DNA from: the human T2T-CHM13v2.0 reference genome, Homo sapiens
Assembly (NCBI RefSeq): GCF_009914755.1
Contig: NC_060934.1
DNA: 64,000 nt
Strand: one strand, 5' to 3'
Shown: piece after piece, positions 16,474-34,145 of the stretch
How the letters are laid out: each line of letters begins with the position of its first letter
How positions within the stretch are numbered: the first letter of the stretch is position 1
Notes under the pieces: model-generated
The model's database searches: none
What the model saw: the letters and a program-made list of their open reading frames with translations, nothing else
Told to the model about the DNA's origin: nothing
Position numbers and translations under genes: made by a program

Positions 16474-16475
<2 letters not shown>

Positions 16476-16549
<74 letters not shown>

Positions 16550-16560
16550 CTTTCTTTCTC

Positions 16561-16624
<64 letters not shown>

Positions 16625-16665
16625 TTTTTTCTTTCTCTCTCCCTCTCCCTCTCTCTCTCTCTCTC
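16476..16665. repeat. (TTTC)n/(CT)n pure pyrimidine microsatellite, ~190 bp
   Basis: Direct reading. Confidence 0.97.
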
Positions 16666-18062
16666 ATCAGAAGAGGTCTTTTACGCTGTTATTGCAAAAG
16701 CATAGATGTTTCTACAGAGTTTTGATAGGATAACATTTTCACAGTGATTATGAATTTACATCGTCCCTAGAATTCTAAACTACTGGGATCTGAGGCCGTA
16801 AGTTGTTTAAGAGTATTCTGACATTACCTTAGATTCAGCAAAACTTGAATAGTTGATCATGCCTTTCTTAGAAGAAAATATCTGTAATTTCTCAGAACAA
16901 TATAGAATGAGACAGAAAAACTAACCATCCCTATGTGCCTTATTTTAAGTGATATATTTGTATCCTGATGGGTTTCTAGGTGTTGGAACACAGGTCATGA
17001 ATCATAGAACAATTAGAATAAAGTGTTCGTCTTTATCAGTAGCTTAATTCTGGCCCTTGATTTAATGTCAACAGGGGAGAAATGTGTGAGAGGGGATGAG
17101 GTTTGCCAATTAATTGTCATTATGTCTTTGGAGGTCTTGAACCTGATTTGTTATTAAGAAGTGAATTCTACCCACTTAAGGCATACATTTGCTAAAGGTG
17201 ACCTCTCTGCTTCCACGTTGTTAAGAAATCGTGATTTTTTTCAAAACCATCATCAGCTTTACAGTTTTTGAGGAAAGATCTAGAAGCCTGTTAAAATGGA
17301 CTTACCAGGCAGGGTTCAGCCCAGGAAACACAAGCCACTCTGGGTATTCTAAACAGAGAGAGATTAATGTGGAATTCAGGTGTTTGCAAAGGTATTGGAA
17401 GGCTGGAGGAGCAGGCATCAGTCTGAGCTCCAGGAGGCTGCCACGTGAACGGTGGATTCATGAAAACATCATCATTGGCTGCAATCTTAGACTGAGGATG
17501 CAGCTGCTGGCATCCCAGCAACTGACTCTCAAGCACATGGAAGCTGGGAGTTATTTGCTGCTGCCCAAAACTCAGTCCCCACAGCTACACTTGCCAGGAA
17601 CAGTAGCTTCAGGAAGATAGCCTGGATTTCACTCATCTTCCATATTGCACATGTGTGTGTGTTTCATTGATGGAACATGATTCACGCTGAGAGCTTTAGC
17701 TGCAAGAAAGTTTGGGAAATATGTCTTCTCTGAGGCTTTTGGTCTTTGCAGTTCAGGAGCAGTTAGGAGGTGGGACTGGTTGGTTGCAGAGTGAGCTGAT
17801 TTACTGCACTTAGTCTAGCTTATTAAAGGATCAGCTTATAAACACCCCAGGTAATATCACAATACATAAGTGCTACCTAATTACTGTGTGGGTCTGTTAC
17901 CAAGAATGTCTAAGTCAAGAAATTGAAGATTGTTTCCTTCAGATTCTGCATCCTAATGTAGAATCTTTCCTATTAGAGTATAAGTAAATTATTTTGGTGT
18001 GTTATTTAAGAATATTTGTGAATAGGCTTAATTAAACACCATGTTAAGAAATTATAAACTTA

Positions 18063-18360
<298 letters not shown>

Positions 18361-18414
18361 ATTATAAACTTAAAAAAAAAACGTTTTCCTTTAAACAAAA
18401 ACGCATGTTCCTTG

Positions 18415-18722
18415 TTTTTTGTTTTGTTTTGTTTTGCCTTTTTTGAGAGACGGTCTTGCTCTGTCACCCAGGCTGGAGTACAGTGGCACAATTATGGCTC
18501 ACTGTAGCCTCTACCTCCTGGGCGCAAGCAATCCTTCCACCTCAGCCTCCCTGGTAGCTGGGACTATAAGGGCAGACCACAACAACTGATTTTTTATTTT
18601 TTGTAGAGACAGGGTCTCCCTACATTGCCCAGGCTGGTCTTGAGCTCCTGGGCTCAACCGACCCTCTTGCCTTGGCCTCCCAAAGTGCTAGGACTATAGG
18701 CGTGAGCCACTGCACCAGGCCG
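18415..18722 (-). mobile_element. Alu (AluJ-like)
   Basis: Alu consensus. Confidence 0.92.
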
Positions 18723-18899
18723 TTTCTTTTTTTTTTTAACTTTGGAAAATATGGATGAATGAAAGTGAGAAAAGTAACCCTTCTGTTATTCTACCAACCA
18801 AAGCTAATTGCTGCCAACATTTTAATAGATATTCCTTCAGTTGTTTTATGCATGTATGATTTTGTACATGTGTCTGCTTTAAAATATATAGTCTTTCAA

Positions 18900-19585
18900 T
18901 GTTGCCCAGGCTGGACTCAAACTCCTGGGCTCAAGTGATCCATCACCTCAGCCTCCTGCATGTATCTACATCTTATTTTATTTTATTTTTAGAGACATTC
19001 TGTTAACCAGGTTGGAGTGCAGTGGTGTGATCATGGCTCACTGCAGCCTCAGCCTCCCTGGGCTCAAGTGATCCTCCTGCCTCAGCCTCCTATGAGTAGC
19101 TGGGACTACAGGCATATGCCTCCATACCTGGACACTTTTTGTATTTTTTGTAGAGACATGTTTTTGCCATGTTGCCCAGGCTGGTCTAAACTCCTGGCCT
19201 CAAGTGATCCCCTTTGCCTCAGCCTCCCAAAGTGCTGGGATTACAGGTGTAGACTACCACGTCTGGCCAACATTCTCATTGATAGTCTTTGCACACATCT
19301 TTCATTCCTTCTGGGAATTTATTCTAAGAAAATAGAATTTTGGGGTCAAAGTACTTGTATGTATGTATCTGTACCAGGAAAAAAGCAGAAATTCCAGTAT
19401 CAACAGATAACGAGAGCCACGCAGGGTGGTACATGCCTGTAGTCCCAGCTACTCAGGAGGCTGAGGCAGGAGGATTGTGTGGCATGAGCCCAGGAGTTAG
19501 AGGCTACAGTGAGCTATGATTGCACCACTGTACTCCAGCCTGGGCAATAGAGCAAGACCCTGTCTCTGAAAAAACAAAACAAAAC
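18900..19585. mobile_element. Alu cluster: fragment + AluJ (-) to ~19270, right arm (+) ~19415-19585
   Basis: Alu consensus matches. Confidence 0.88.
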
Positions 19586-19948
19586 AGATAACCATTGTTA
19601 CTATTTTGTTGAACATTTTCCAGATACCCTGATAGAAGACAGATCTGTGCATGCACATACACAATTTTACATAAATGGGACCATTCCATATAGGCCAGTA
19701 TCTAGTGTGTACTTTTTTTACTCCACAATTTGCCATATACGTCTTTCCAAATCAATCAACATAGATTAAATCATATCAACTACACAGGATTCCATCATTT
19801 GTGTGTGCTCTTGAATCCTACTTTTAAAATGTTCTCAGAAAGGTTATCCTGAAATATATTCCTATCAGAAGTTTTCCACACTCTCTCTAAACTGAATGGC
19901 ATAAGTGAAAGACTAGTTGTTAGGTTTAAAAAAGGTTATCTGTTTTAA

Positions 19949-20282
<334 letters not shown>

Positions 20283-20999
20283 TAATTGAATTATTTTATT
20301 GCTAAAGTGATTGTACATTTGCTTCATATGCTTATCAGTCATTTGCAGTTTGCTTTTTCATATTTTACCTTAGACCATTTTTATGTGGGAGAAGCCTTTT
20401 ATTAAATTAGTATGTTCTCCTTATAAAGTTAGTAATTTTTAACATGTGTTGCAGACATTTTTCCCAAGCTTGTTATATATGTTTGACATGCAGAAATCAT
20501 AAATATTTACGTGGATCAACCCATCAATCTTTTTCTTTATTGTTTCTAGATTTTATGGCATGCCTAGATAGCTTCTTTTCTACTATAAGATTATACACAT
20601 TTTCTTCAAAAAATTTTCTGAAACATTTATGATTGTTATATTTGTATTTAAATCTTTAATTATCTAAAATTTAGTGCATGGTATGAATGGATCTAACTGA
20701 TTCATTTTCCTAAAATGGTCAGCTGGTTGTCCCAACACTATTGATTTCTTTCTTTCCCATCAGTGACATAGATGTGATCTTTATTATAATATGAAATTAT
20801 TATTCCTGCTAGCATTACCTGTGGACTTTCTAGTCTGTTTCATTGTTCTATATTTATTGCTGAGCCAGAACCATACAGTTAGAATTATTATAACTTTACA
20901 TCTGATAGGAAAAGTACCCCCATATTTTTCTTCATTAAAATTGTTTTTCTCAGACATCTTTGCCCATCTGTTCTTTTTTATTCCCCATTAAGAGTATAT

Positions 21000-21690
21000 G
21001 TTGCAGTGTTTTTTAGTATATTCAGAGTGTGTGACCATCAGCACACTCAATTTTGGAACATTTCATCACCCCCAAAAGAATCATCCATAGTTACATTAAC
21101 TATACCACCCCACAGCTCTTCCTTAAGAGGAGCTAACAGTCGCTCCTCCATACCCACCCCCTTTCCCCCAACCCTAGGTAACCACTCTTCTACTTAGTGG
21201 CTGTATAGATTTCACTATTCTGACATTTCACATGAATGGAATCATACAATATGTGGTCCTTTGTAACTGATTTCTTTCACTTGGTATAGTGTTTTCAAGG
21301 TTCACACATGTAGCATGTATCACTACTTCATTGTTTTTATTGCCAAATAATATTCCATTGTATGGATATACCGCATTTTATGTATCTATTCATCAGTTGA
21401 TGGCCAACTGAGTTTTTCCCACTTTTTGGTTATTTTTAATTGTACTATCATGAACATTTGTGTGCAAGTCTTTGTGTGGATGTATATTTTCATTTCTCTT
21501 GGGTATGTACCCAGGAGTGGAATTGCTGGGTTGTATGGTTTAACCATTTGAGGAACTGCCAAACTTTTCTAATGCAGGTGCACTATTTTACATTCCCATG
21601 AGAATGCATTGGAGTTCTGATTTCTCCACATCCTCACCAGCACTTTTTATTATTATCTGACTTTTTGATTATAGCCATCCTAGTGGGCAT
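21000..21690 (-). mobile_element. L1M (L1MB-like) 3' region
   Basis: aatggaatcatacaatatgtggtcc...gattatagccatcctagtggg. Confidence 0.88.
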
Positions 21691-21847
21691 GCCATCTGTT
21701 CTTGAGATAAGTTTAGAATCATTTTTATCCCATTGATATTTTTAATGAGATTGCTTTGAATTTATGGATCATTTGGACATGTTTTCAGTGGTTAAGGCTT
21801 ACTATTTAAGAAGAGCATGCTTTTTCAATTAATAAAGTATTCTTTAA

Positions 21848-22221
<374 letters not shown>

Positions 22222-23139
22222 TGATTTCAACTATGCTCTGTTGAATCCCTTTTCCATCCCCTCATGTCTCACATGCCTCACATAACTTCCCAGGCATTGT
22301 GTTTTAGAAAGTCTGGTATTGTTTAAATTCCAACCTCATTTTGCTCTTCTCCAGAGCATGTCCAGCTAGTCACTAAAGGGACTTGGAATGGGGAGGAGAT
22401 AGGTGCACCCTTCCTTTCCTTTGACTCCAGCTGTTGGAGCTGGAGGGAGGGCGTGAACTGGCACCGAGGTGAATTCTCCCCATTCCTTCCCAGCTTCCTG
22501 AGGCCTAGCTCCTCCATGAGCTGGGGAGGGAGAAAAGAAGGAAAGGGGACAGTGGTACTTACCAGGCAGCTACCACTGTGGTCCTCTCCTTTGATGGACT
22601 CCGCTTTTCTAGCCAGTACTTAACTGCTGATGCCTTCTGTGCAGCAGGCGTTGAGTACTCCTCTTTCTGGGGTCCATGTGAGAGTTCTTTCAGAGCTCAC
22701 TCTTCTATGTACTCTATGTACTCACTCTATCTTATGTACACAGTTGTTTTCATGGGAGATGCAGCTCTGTCTGGTCTTTCCTGCCCCCTCCACTCTCTCC
22801 AACTGTACCTCCTTTCTCCATCTTGCAATCTCTCTCTGATTCACTTCACTCGTGCTCAGACAGGCATGGAGAGCAGGTCAGCAAATTCTTCACACTATCA
22901 GACTTTAGACAAGCTAAGGAATTTCCTTCTCTGCATACTGTATATAGCACAGTTTGATTTATGTAACATCCTAATCATACTGTCTGGAAGAATCTTACCA
23001 AAATGATATTATTCCCCTACATGGGGAATTAGGGCTTGATTTTACCTTCTTTATTATAATTATTTTTACTTGATCAAATTACTAGGAAATATTCCTCCAC
23101 TTCTAAAGAATACAATTTCCCTGTGTTAGAAAGATCAGT

Positions 23140-23430
23140 TCCGGTGTGGTGGCTCACTCCCGTAATCCCTGTACCTTGGGAGCCTGAGATGGGAGGATTG
23201 CTTGAGGCCAGGAATTGGAGACCAGCCTGGACAACATAGCAAGATCTTGTCTCTATAAAACACTAAAAAAAAAAAAAAAAAAAATTAGCCAGGCATGGTG
23301 ACACACTACTCAGGAGGCTGAGGCAGGAAGATCACTTGAGCCCGGGAGTTTGAGGCTGCAGTGAGCTATGATCTGCCACTACACTCCAGCCTGGATGACA
23401 AAGCGAGACCCTGTCTCTAAAAAAATAAAA
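23140..23430 (+). mobile_element. Alu (AluJ-like) with small internal deletion
   Basis: Alu consensus. Confidence 0.9.
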
Positions 23431-23699
23431 CCAACAACAAACATACATAAATAAAAAGATCACATCCAAATAATAGAAAAAGATGATATGGTTTTGGTCC
23501 CCAAAACTGACATCATGTAGGAGATATTGGAACTTTGTGGGTGGGAGCCAAGCCCATTCTGGTGCCCCTTCTCTAGGTCACGTCTATACTGCTTGTTTGG
23601 ATTCCTTGGCAAAAACTGATTATGCAAGGCAGTAGGATGCCTGACTCAAATTGGGTCAATCAGATCCTTTTTCTTGGAATTTAAAAAAAAATTGCATGA

Positions 23700-24570
23700 A
23701 AACGTATAGTTAAATGCACAGGTCTTAAGTGTACAATTTAGAGTTTTAACAAATATATACATTCATGTAACTGAACCCCAAACAAGATATGGAGCATTTC
23801 CATCACCCTAGAATTTTCATTCATCCCCACTTCCAGTCAGTCTCCTCCATCCATGATGGCCAACCACTATTCTGATTTCTATCACTATACACTAGTTTGA
23901 TCTTTGTTTGGACTTCATGTAAATGAAATCATACAGTATATATTCCTTTGTAACTGGCTTTTTTTAACCTAAGAATGTTTTTCAGGCTTATCCATATTTT
24001 TATGTGAATCAGCAGTTTATTCTTTTTTATTGTTCAGTAATATATCAATGTGTGAATATATTATCCATTCGCCTGTTGAAGGTCATTTGAGTTCTTTCCA
24101 GTTTCGAACTATTATGAATAAAGCTGCTAAAAACATTTTTAAAACAAGTCTTGTTGTGGACATAAGTTTTTGTTGGGGCAGGGATTTAAATAGCTAGGAC
24201 TGAGATTGTCAGTTTATTGGATAGGTATATATTTAACTTGAGAAGAATCTGCCAAACAGTGCTCCAAAGTTGTGCAGTTTTACACTCTCCGCAGCCAAAA
24301 CGGAGGCTTCCAGTTGTTGTACATCCTTGTCAACATTTGAGATGTCAGTCATTTTCACTGTAGCCATTCTAGAGGCTGTAAAGTGGAACCTCCTGGTTTT
24401 GGTTTCTCTTTCACTGATGACTAATGATGCACAACTTTTCATGTGCTCATTGGCCATTTGTATACCTTCATTTGTGAAGTGTCTCTCAAGTCATCTGCAC
24501 ATTTATCTTATTGGGTTGTTTGTCTTTTTACTGATCAGACATATGTATTCTAGATAAAAGTCAGATATAT
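23700..24570 (-). mobile_element. L1M (L1MD/ME-like) 3' region
   Basis: cttttcatgtgctcattggccatttgtata etc. Confidence 0.82.
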
Positions 24571-25137
24571 GTATTATTGATATTTCAAAGCATTTTGTTC
24601 AGCAGTAGAAATGCTGGCTATATGATTTGAGAATAAAAATACGTATGTAATCGTAACAAGAAGTCTTAAATAAATTAAAATGTCACTATTTTGAATAACT
24701 AGAATATATATTAAGAAAAATAATCCCAGGAAATAAAAAATATGCTAGTAATATATTAATTACACATAACAAATTTACAAAATTATATTACCATATAACA
24801 GTAATACATAATTCTAAATAAAAATAATCATGCTCACAGATAAAACCAAAAACTTTAAGAGCTTAATTTATTGAAAGGAAATGATTTAAATATCATGAGG
24901 GAAATAAAAGGAGACAAGAAGTAGTGGAACACTCTACTGTGCTCCTGCTGTTTGGGAAGATGTACTATACAGAGTTAATTCAACAATAAACAAAGTCCCT
25001 GAGGGATGGCCTATACAAGTTGACAAGTTGATGTAAAAATTAATTGAGGGAATTAAACAGAAATGTAAATATTCCAATAACCATCGAATTATACATTTTA
25101 AATGGATGAATCATATATGTGAATTATATCTCAATAA

Positions 25138-25534
<397 letters not shown>

Positions 25535-25699
25535 TGATTTTGGTGTTTACAGCGCATTGGGTAAAAAATCTTACTCAGAAACAGTATGTAAAATATTTCA
25601 TTTTTAGAAAACTATACATTAAATCAATGAAGAGTGGCCAAAAAATTTTAACACTGTTTATCTCAAGGAGCTACAACTATGGTAAATATTTTCCTTAAT

Positions 25700-26854
<1,155 letters not shown>

Positions 26855-26999
26855 TCAGGTCGTTGGTTATTTTGGTGGGGAGGGAGAGGTAGTGTTTGGA
26901 AGGGGACACAAGGGAAGGTTTTGGGACGCATGGTATACCGGTTGTCAATGTATGGCCTCGCACCTCCAAATCCATCCTTTAATACCTGCTCTGTGGGCA

Positions 27000-27270
27000 C
27001 AGCCAGAATCCCCTTCCGCGGCTCCCCTCGCGGCAGGGAGGATGCTGAACAGTAGAGGGCGCTGGAGACACGCTGCGGGAGGCTGTCGCTCGGGTCCGGC
27101 TGCGGGCCACAGGCCGCGGATCGCGCTCTGCCAGCACCCCACGCCCGCAAGCGCGGCCCCTCCGCCACCTCGCGGCCCGGCCTGACCTGTTAATCACGTC
27201 CCCACGGCTCTCCTAGCGGGGACACCGCCGTCTGCAGGCTCCGTCCCCACAGTGCCCAGACCCCGGGAAG
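27000..27270. promoter_or_regulatory. Small orphan CpG island with CTCF-like motif; candidate promoter of a + strand antisense lncRNA
   Basis: Sharp CpG cluster in AT-rich repeat-derived DNA; ACAGTAGAGGGCGCTG at ~27049-27064. Confidence 0.7.
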
Positions 27271-27791
27271 TTTGTCAGTCAGCACCCTGATGCCAGCCGA
27301 TTCTCAAAAAGCCAGGAGCATCCAAGCAGATGATTTGCCAGACGGTACTGCAGCAATGGAGATGAACAGATAATTCACACAGAAAGAAGGACGGTAGGGA
27401 GAGACGTGCGGGGGGTAGGGAGGGCGGAAGGAAGGTCTAGGGGAAGGAGCGGAGGGGGAAGGGAGGAAGGAAGGCAGCAATGGAATGAAAGGAGAAGGGA
27501 GGAAGGACTCGTTGAATGCACAGCCTCCCCGGTGCTGCACCGGCAGGAGCGGCTCTCACAGGCATGGGGCCCCCAACAGACCCTACCAGGCTGCGGGAAT
27601 GTTGCGGCCCTGCAGGGCGTCTCTGTCTTTTTTGAGGTGTCTCTGGTAATATGTGATAATGACAGTATTTTTAGACATTTGGAATCTGATTTAAATTCTA
27701 GCTCCATCACCTTCTAGCTGTGGGACCCTGAGAAACGGCACATCCTCCCGGATCCTCCCATCTCTCTTGTCCACACGTGGGGAAGGCTCCT

Positions 27792-27857
27792 GGTGGGGGG
27801 GGGTTGGGGGGGGAGGGGGGAAGGGGGGGGTTGGGGGGGAGGGGGGAAGAGGGGGGG
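27792..27857 (+). repeat. G-run low-complexity tract (G-quadruplex potential)
   Basis: Seven runs of 6-9 G; ~26-bp unit repeated twice. Confidence 0.9.
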
Positions 27858-29204
27858 CCTTGCAGATTTACCAAGCTGATGTACAAAGACCTACTACAGC
27901 GGTAAGGGCTAGCTCCTTTCTCCCACTCTGGCAGTCACTCCACTTTGAGAAACATACCTCTTGAAATAAAGCTACAAGTGGAGAGGGGCAGGTGATTTGG
28001 GCAAATAATTCCATACTAAATATTAGGACAAAACATCCTAGGCAAATATCACAATCCGGCGTCATAGTGGCATACTAAATTCAACCAAGAAATATAACCA
28101 TGATGTTGAAAGAGCCAGGCTTATGGAATGTAAACAGCAAACTATTTTATTCTTGTTTTCTATTTACCAATTCAAACTTGCTCTGCAGGTCACTCCTCCC
28201 TGCCCCTGGGATAAAATCTAGGGCATGTTCTGTGACTTTCTGGATCACAAAATTCACATGATTTTTGGATCATTCTCAGTTGACCAAAAATGTGTCCTGT
28301 AACTTCTAGCTATAAAAATAGGCTCTGTTCAGCATTTAAAATGTCCAATCCCATGTAGGAGTCTAAACTTTCTATTTCATTTTAAGTTTAAGCTTCCTCT
28401 TGATTCCTCCCCCAAGCCTGGCCCAGGCTTGCATTTGGCTCCAGGCATTGGGCAGGTAGCAGTGTTTCCTCTCCATTTTTCACTTTCACTCTTCCCTCCC
28501 CAACTAGCTTGCAGGGATTTCTGATCACCTAGTAGAGTCTAGAGGCGTAAGGGAAGGAGGTCACCAAGGGGCAGGCCAGGCTTTATGTGAATAGTGCTGT
28601 TGTGAGCCAAGTACTTGAGTACTTCGAGGTCCCCTTCTACTGCAGACATCTTCCCTGTGGTTCCTGTGACCCAGGTTTGTCTCAGAGTGGGGTTAGCACA
28701 CGGTACCATCTCCATCCCCTTTAAAAGTATTTATTACATTTTTCTGGAAATGGAAGTCTGGGAATTATATTTCCCTGATAGTCTTATGAGCAGGATTCCA
28801 GGTTGATTCTGCCAAATGTGAGGCACTCAGATGAGACTAGAAAGCAGAAAGATGGTTTAAAAAATCATCGTTTTCTTCCTTTGACTCTGCACTTATGACA
28901 GCAGGATGCTCGAGACTCTTGCAGTAATTTGGGCAAAGATTTCCACAGTGCAAAATAGAAAAAACGTAACTGGCAAATAGCTGTACAAATTACAGTCCAT
29001 TTTCATCATGGAATGTCAGTTTGGCAACAATGGCATCGAGGCCCAAAAGCAGCTCTGCAGTAGGGGGGTTCCTCCTTGGTGACTGGATGGGCACAGCCAA
29101 GCACAAATTCCTGAAGATCCCAGCTCCAGGAAACATCAGCATGGTTCATTGCATTGTCCACCTGAATTCTTCACCCCTCCCTGTGGCTGTGTCCATTGCC
29201 CTGT

Positions 29205-30235
<1,031 letters not shown>

Positions 30236-31614
30236 TAAAAGTAACTGTTCCCTCGTTGGCTTCACCAGCTTTCCCAAGAATTGTTTAATCCCATTCCCTG
30301 TATAAAATCACTCTCTGCTGAGAATCCTTTTTCTGAGAAAAGAATTCTGAGAATTTTTTTTCTGCTTGAGGCAGACCAACACTCATTCCAAGAACAACTG
30401 GAAAGGCTGAATAAAACACAGAAAACTTTTTTAAAAAGTTTTTGGAAAGCTTCCCAGTTAACAAACATTTGAAGGGTCATAATCTCAAAAGAAGAAAAAC
30501 ACAAGGAGGCAAGCTGGCCCTCTGTGAACTACTTTTCCCTTCAGGAAACGTGCTGATTTTAGCTAAGAGGCCGAGCATTTGGGCAGACGGCCATAGCTAA
30601 GAGGCAGCAAAGGCAGCAGAGTCTTCAGCTGGAGAGACAAGAAATGGAGACTGAGGTTGTCAAGGCAGCTGGAACTGAAGGGGCCAAGATATCATGTAGA
30701 AGGGAGACACAGAAAAGGAACACTTTCCCCTTGAGGCATCTGCTGAGTTAAGCTATGCAGAAAGGCTATGAAAAGCAGCAGGTTTTGGCAGTGTCATATT
30801 AATGAGATAAAAGTTGGAGTTCAGGACCCACCAAGGAAAAGAAGCCTAATAATCACATCAGACACTCAGTTGGAATCCTTGGAGGACCACACTCTAGATA
30901 GACGGGCAAACCAGAGATGGAGATGAAGCCTTCCAAAAACTGCAACATAGACTCTAGTCAGTTCGGTACCATTGGATTAAGGTAAAATCTTCCCACTCTG
31001 TCTATCAGATGACATGGTAAACCCTCCCTTGAGACAGACATTGTTTTCAGATCATGTTTCCTGGAGCCACTAAAATTTATTATAATGGTTAGCATTCAAC
31101 AATAAGTGATCAAACACACCACAAAACAGGAAGGAGGGGAAAACAGACACAACAAAACGGAGCCACTAATGACCCAGATATTGGTGTTATCAGACACAGA
31201 CTTGATGGGTGGAATAGAGACTTTCATCAAAGAACTGGAATCTACAAGAAAGAATGAAATGGAAATTTAAAACTTAAAAATACAATAATTGAAATTAACT
31301 ACTTAGCATATGGGTTAACTACAATTAGATTTAGCAGAAGGAACATTCTTTGAACTGTAATATAGGACAGAATAAAAACTCTAAGCTGAAGAACAGAGAC
31401 AAAGAGTATGGAAAATACAGCAAAGAACATAAGATACTTGTGGGAAGTGGTGAACAGGCCTAACACATATGTAACTGGAGTCTTAGAAGGGAGGAAGATG
31501 GGGCAGAAGGAACAGTTAAATAAATATAGGCTGAGAACTTTCCAAAACTGATAAAGCTTTATGATCCCCAAGCAGGATAAATAAAAACAAAACTGCATCC
31601 AGGCACACTATACT

Positions 31615-31922
31615 TTTTTTTTATTATTATTTTTTGAGACGGAGTTTTTCTTTGTCACCCAGGCTGGAGTACGGTGGCGCGCGATCTCAGCTCACTGCAA
31701 CCTCCGCCTCCCCAAGGTCAAGCGATTCTCCTGCCTCAGTCTCCCGAATAGCTGGGATTACAGGCACGCGCCACCATGCCTGGCTAATTTTTGGATTTTT
31801 TAGTGGAGACGGGGTTTCACCATGTTGGCCAGGTTGGTCTCAAACTTCTGACCTCAGGTGATCCACTGGCCTTGGCCTCCCAAAGTGCTGGGATTATAGG
31901 CGTGAGCCACCGCACCCGACCC
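31615..31922 (-). mobile_element. Alu (AluSx-like)
   Basis: TSD ccaggcacactatactt on both sides. Confidence 0.95.
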
Positions 31923-32365
31923 AGGCACACTATACTTAAACTGCTGCAAATGAAAGACAAGGAAAAAACATTAAAAGCAGCTAGAGGCAGGTAGGAGGGA
32001 CACATTTCTTCTTTTCTTTTTTCTTTTCCCCTCCCTCCCTCTCTCCTCCTTCCTGCCTCCCTCCTGTCGTTTTCTTTTGTAGAGGGGGGGGATCTTGCTC
32101 TGTTGCCTGGGCTGGTTTTGAACTCCTGGGCTCAAGGGTGCTGGGATGACGGGCGTGAGCCAGTGCATGTTACTGACACATTACTCTCAAAGGAGAAACA
32201 ATAGCACTGAAAATCACTTGTCAACAGAAATGATGGAAGTGAGAAGATAATGGAGTGCCATTCTGAAGTTCCTCAAAGAAAAAAGTGTCAACCTGTAATC
32301 CTATATTCACAAAATATACTTAAAAATGAATTTGAAATAGATGTTTCTATTCAAAAACTGAGAAA

Positions 32366-32670
32366 GGCTGGGTGAGGTGGCCTGTAATCCCAGTCCTTTG
32401 GGAGGTCAAAGCAGGCAGACTGTTTGAGCTCTGGAGTTTGAGACCAGCCTGAGCAACATGGTGAAATCCCTTCTCTACAAAAAATACAAAAGAATTAGCC
32501 AGGTATGGTGGTGCCTGCCTGTAGTCCCGCTACTCGGGAGGCTGAGGTGGGAGGACTGCTTGAACCTAGGAGGTTGAGGCTACAGTGAACCATGATCATG
32601 CCACTGCACTCCAGCCTGGGCGACAGAGTGAGACCCTGTCTCAAAAACAAGCAAACAAAAAAACACAAAA
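32366..32670 (+). mobile_element. Alu (AluJ-like)
   Basis: Alu consensus; ctgagaaa direct repeat. Confidence 0.92.
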
Positions 32671-33697
32671 AAACCTGAGAAAATTTGCTGCCAGCAGATG
32701 TGCATACACAAAAAATACTAAAGGGAATTCTTCAGGTAGAAGAAAACTGATCTATGATAGAATCACAGAAATGCAGGAAATAATAAAAAAAAAACAGAGT
32801 GAATATGTGGGTGAATACAAATGAATATTGACTGCACATAGCAATAATAATAATGTCTCGTTAGGTGTAAAATATATGTGAAATTAAAATGAGTAATAAT
32901 AATATACATGCAAGAGTAGAATGGAGGTAAATAGAGATTGAGTATTGTGAGATCATAGCATTGTCTGGGAAACAATAAAAAGTAAAATTTGTATTAGATT
33001 ATAATAATGTACAGAAGTTGTAATCTGTGGAGGAAACCACTAAAGAAATTATAAAAGAATGTGTAAGTAAAACCAATGGTAGGGGGGGAAACGGAATTAA
33101 AAAAATAATCAGAAAGAAAGCAACAGAAAAGAAAAAATAAAAACAAAAATGGGTAAGACAAATGGAAACAAGTAGTAAGATGGTATTTATGAACACAACT
33201 ATATCAGTAATTACAATAAATGTAAATTCACGAAATACACAAAAGACAAAATTTGACAGACTTGATTAAAACAACTCTATTCAAGAGACATGACATCATT
33301 ATAAGAACATTGAAAATTCAAAAATAAGGGGGAAAGTGAAAAAAATACCATTGTGAGTGGTAGAGAAAGCCATTTCACATAATAAAGGTTCACTCTACCA
33401 GAAAACATCAATTTTAAATGGGTATGAGCCTAATAACACAACCTCTAAATGCATAAAACAAAAACTAACAAAACTCAAAGGAGAAATAAACAAATTCATA
33501 ATAACAGTGGCAGGCTTTATCCTCTCTCAGTAATTTATAGAAAAACAGACAAAAATATCAGTAAAGACGTAGATAATTTGACCAACCTGATTAACAAACT
33601 TGACCCAGTTGAAATACACATAACACCTGCACACAACTGCAGAATGCACATTCTTTCAAGTGCAAGAACATTATGATAAGAATATTATAGGAAAGTC

Positions 33698-33872
33698 TGT
33701 CATAAACATAGCTTATATAAAAATATAACAGCAAATTAATCTAAATTTTATTTATTTATTTACTTATTTTATTTTTTTGTTTATACTTATGTCATAAACA
33801 TAGTTTATATAAAAATATAACAGCAAATTGATCTAAATTTTATTTATTTATTTATTTACTTATTTTATTTTT
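33698..33872. repeat. ~80-bp tandem duplication (33698-33778 / 33790-33872)
   Basis: tgtcataaacatag(c/t)ttatataaaaatataacagcaaatt(a/g)atctaaattttatttatt... twice. Confidence 0.92.
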
Positions 33873-34145
33873 GGAGACAGAGTCTCGCTTTGTTATCCAA
33901 GCTGTAGTGCAGTGGCGTGAACATGACTCACTTCAGCCTTAACCTCCCGGGCTCACGCAATACTCCTGCCCCAGCCCTCCAAGTAGCTGGGACAACAGGC
34001 ATGTGACACCATACCTGGCTAATTTTTGTGGTTTTTGTAGAGACCGAGTTTCACCACGTTGGTCTCAAATTCCTGAGCTTAGACAATCTACCTGCCTTGG
34101 CCTTCCAAAGTGCGGGGATAATAGATGTGAGCCACTGAGCTCGAC
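33840..34145 (-). mobile_element. Alu (AluJ-like)
   Basis: Alu consensus. Confidence 0.9.

Noticed and set aside
16458-16667. KKER-repeat 69-aa ORF
   Set aside because: Translation of (GAAA)n.
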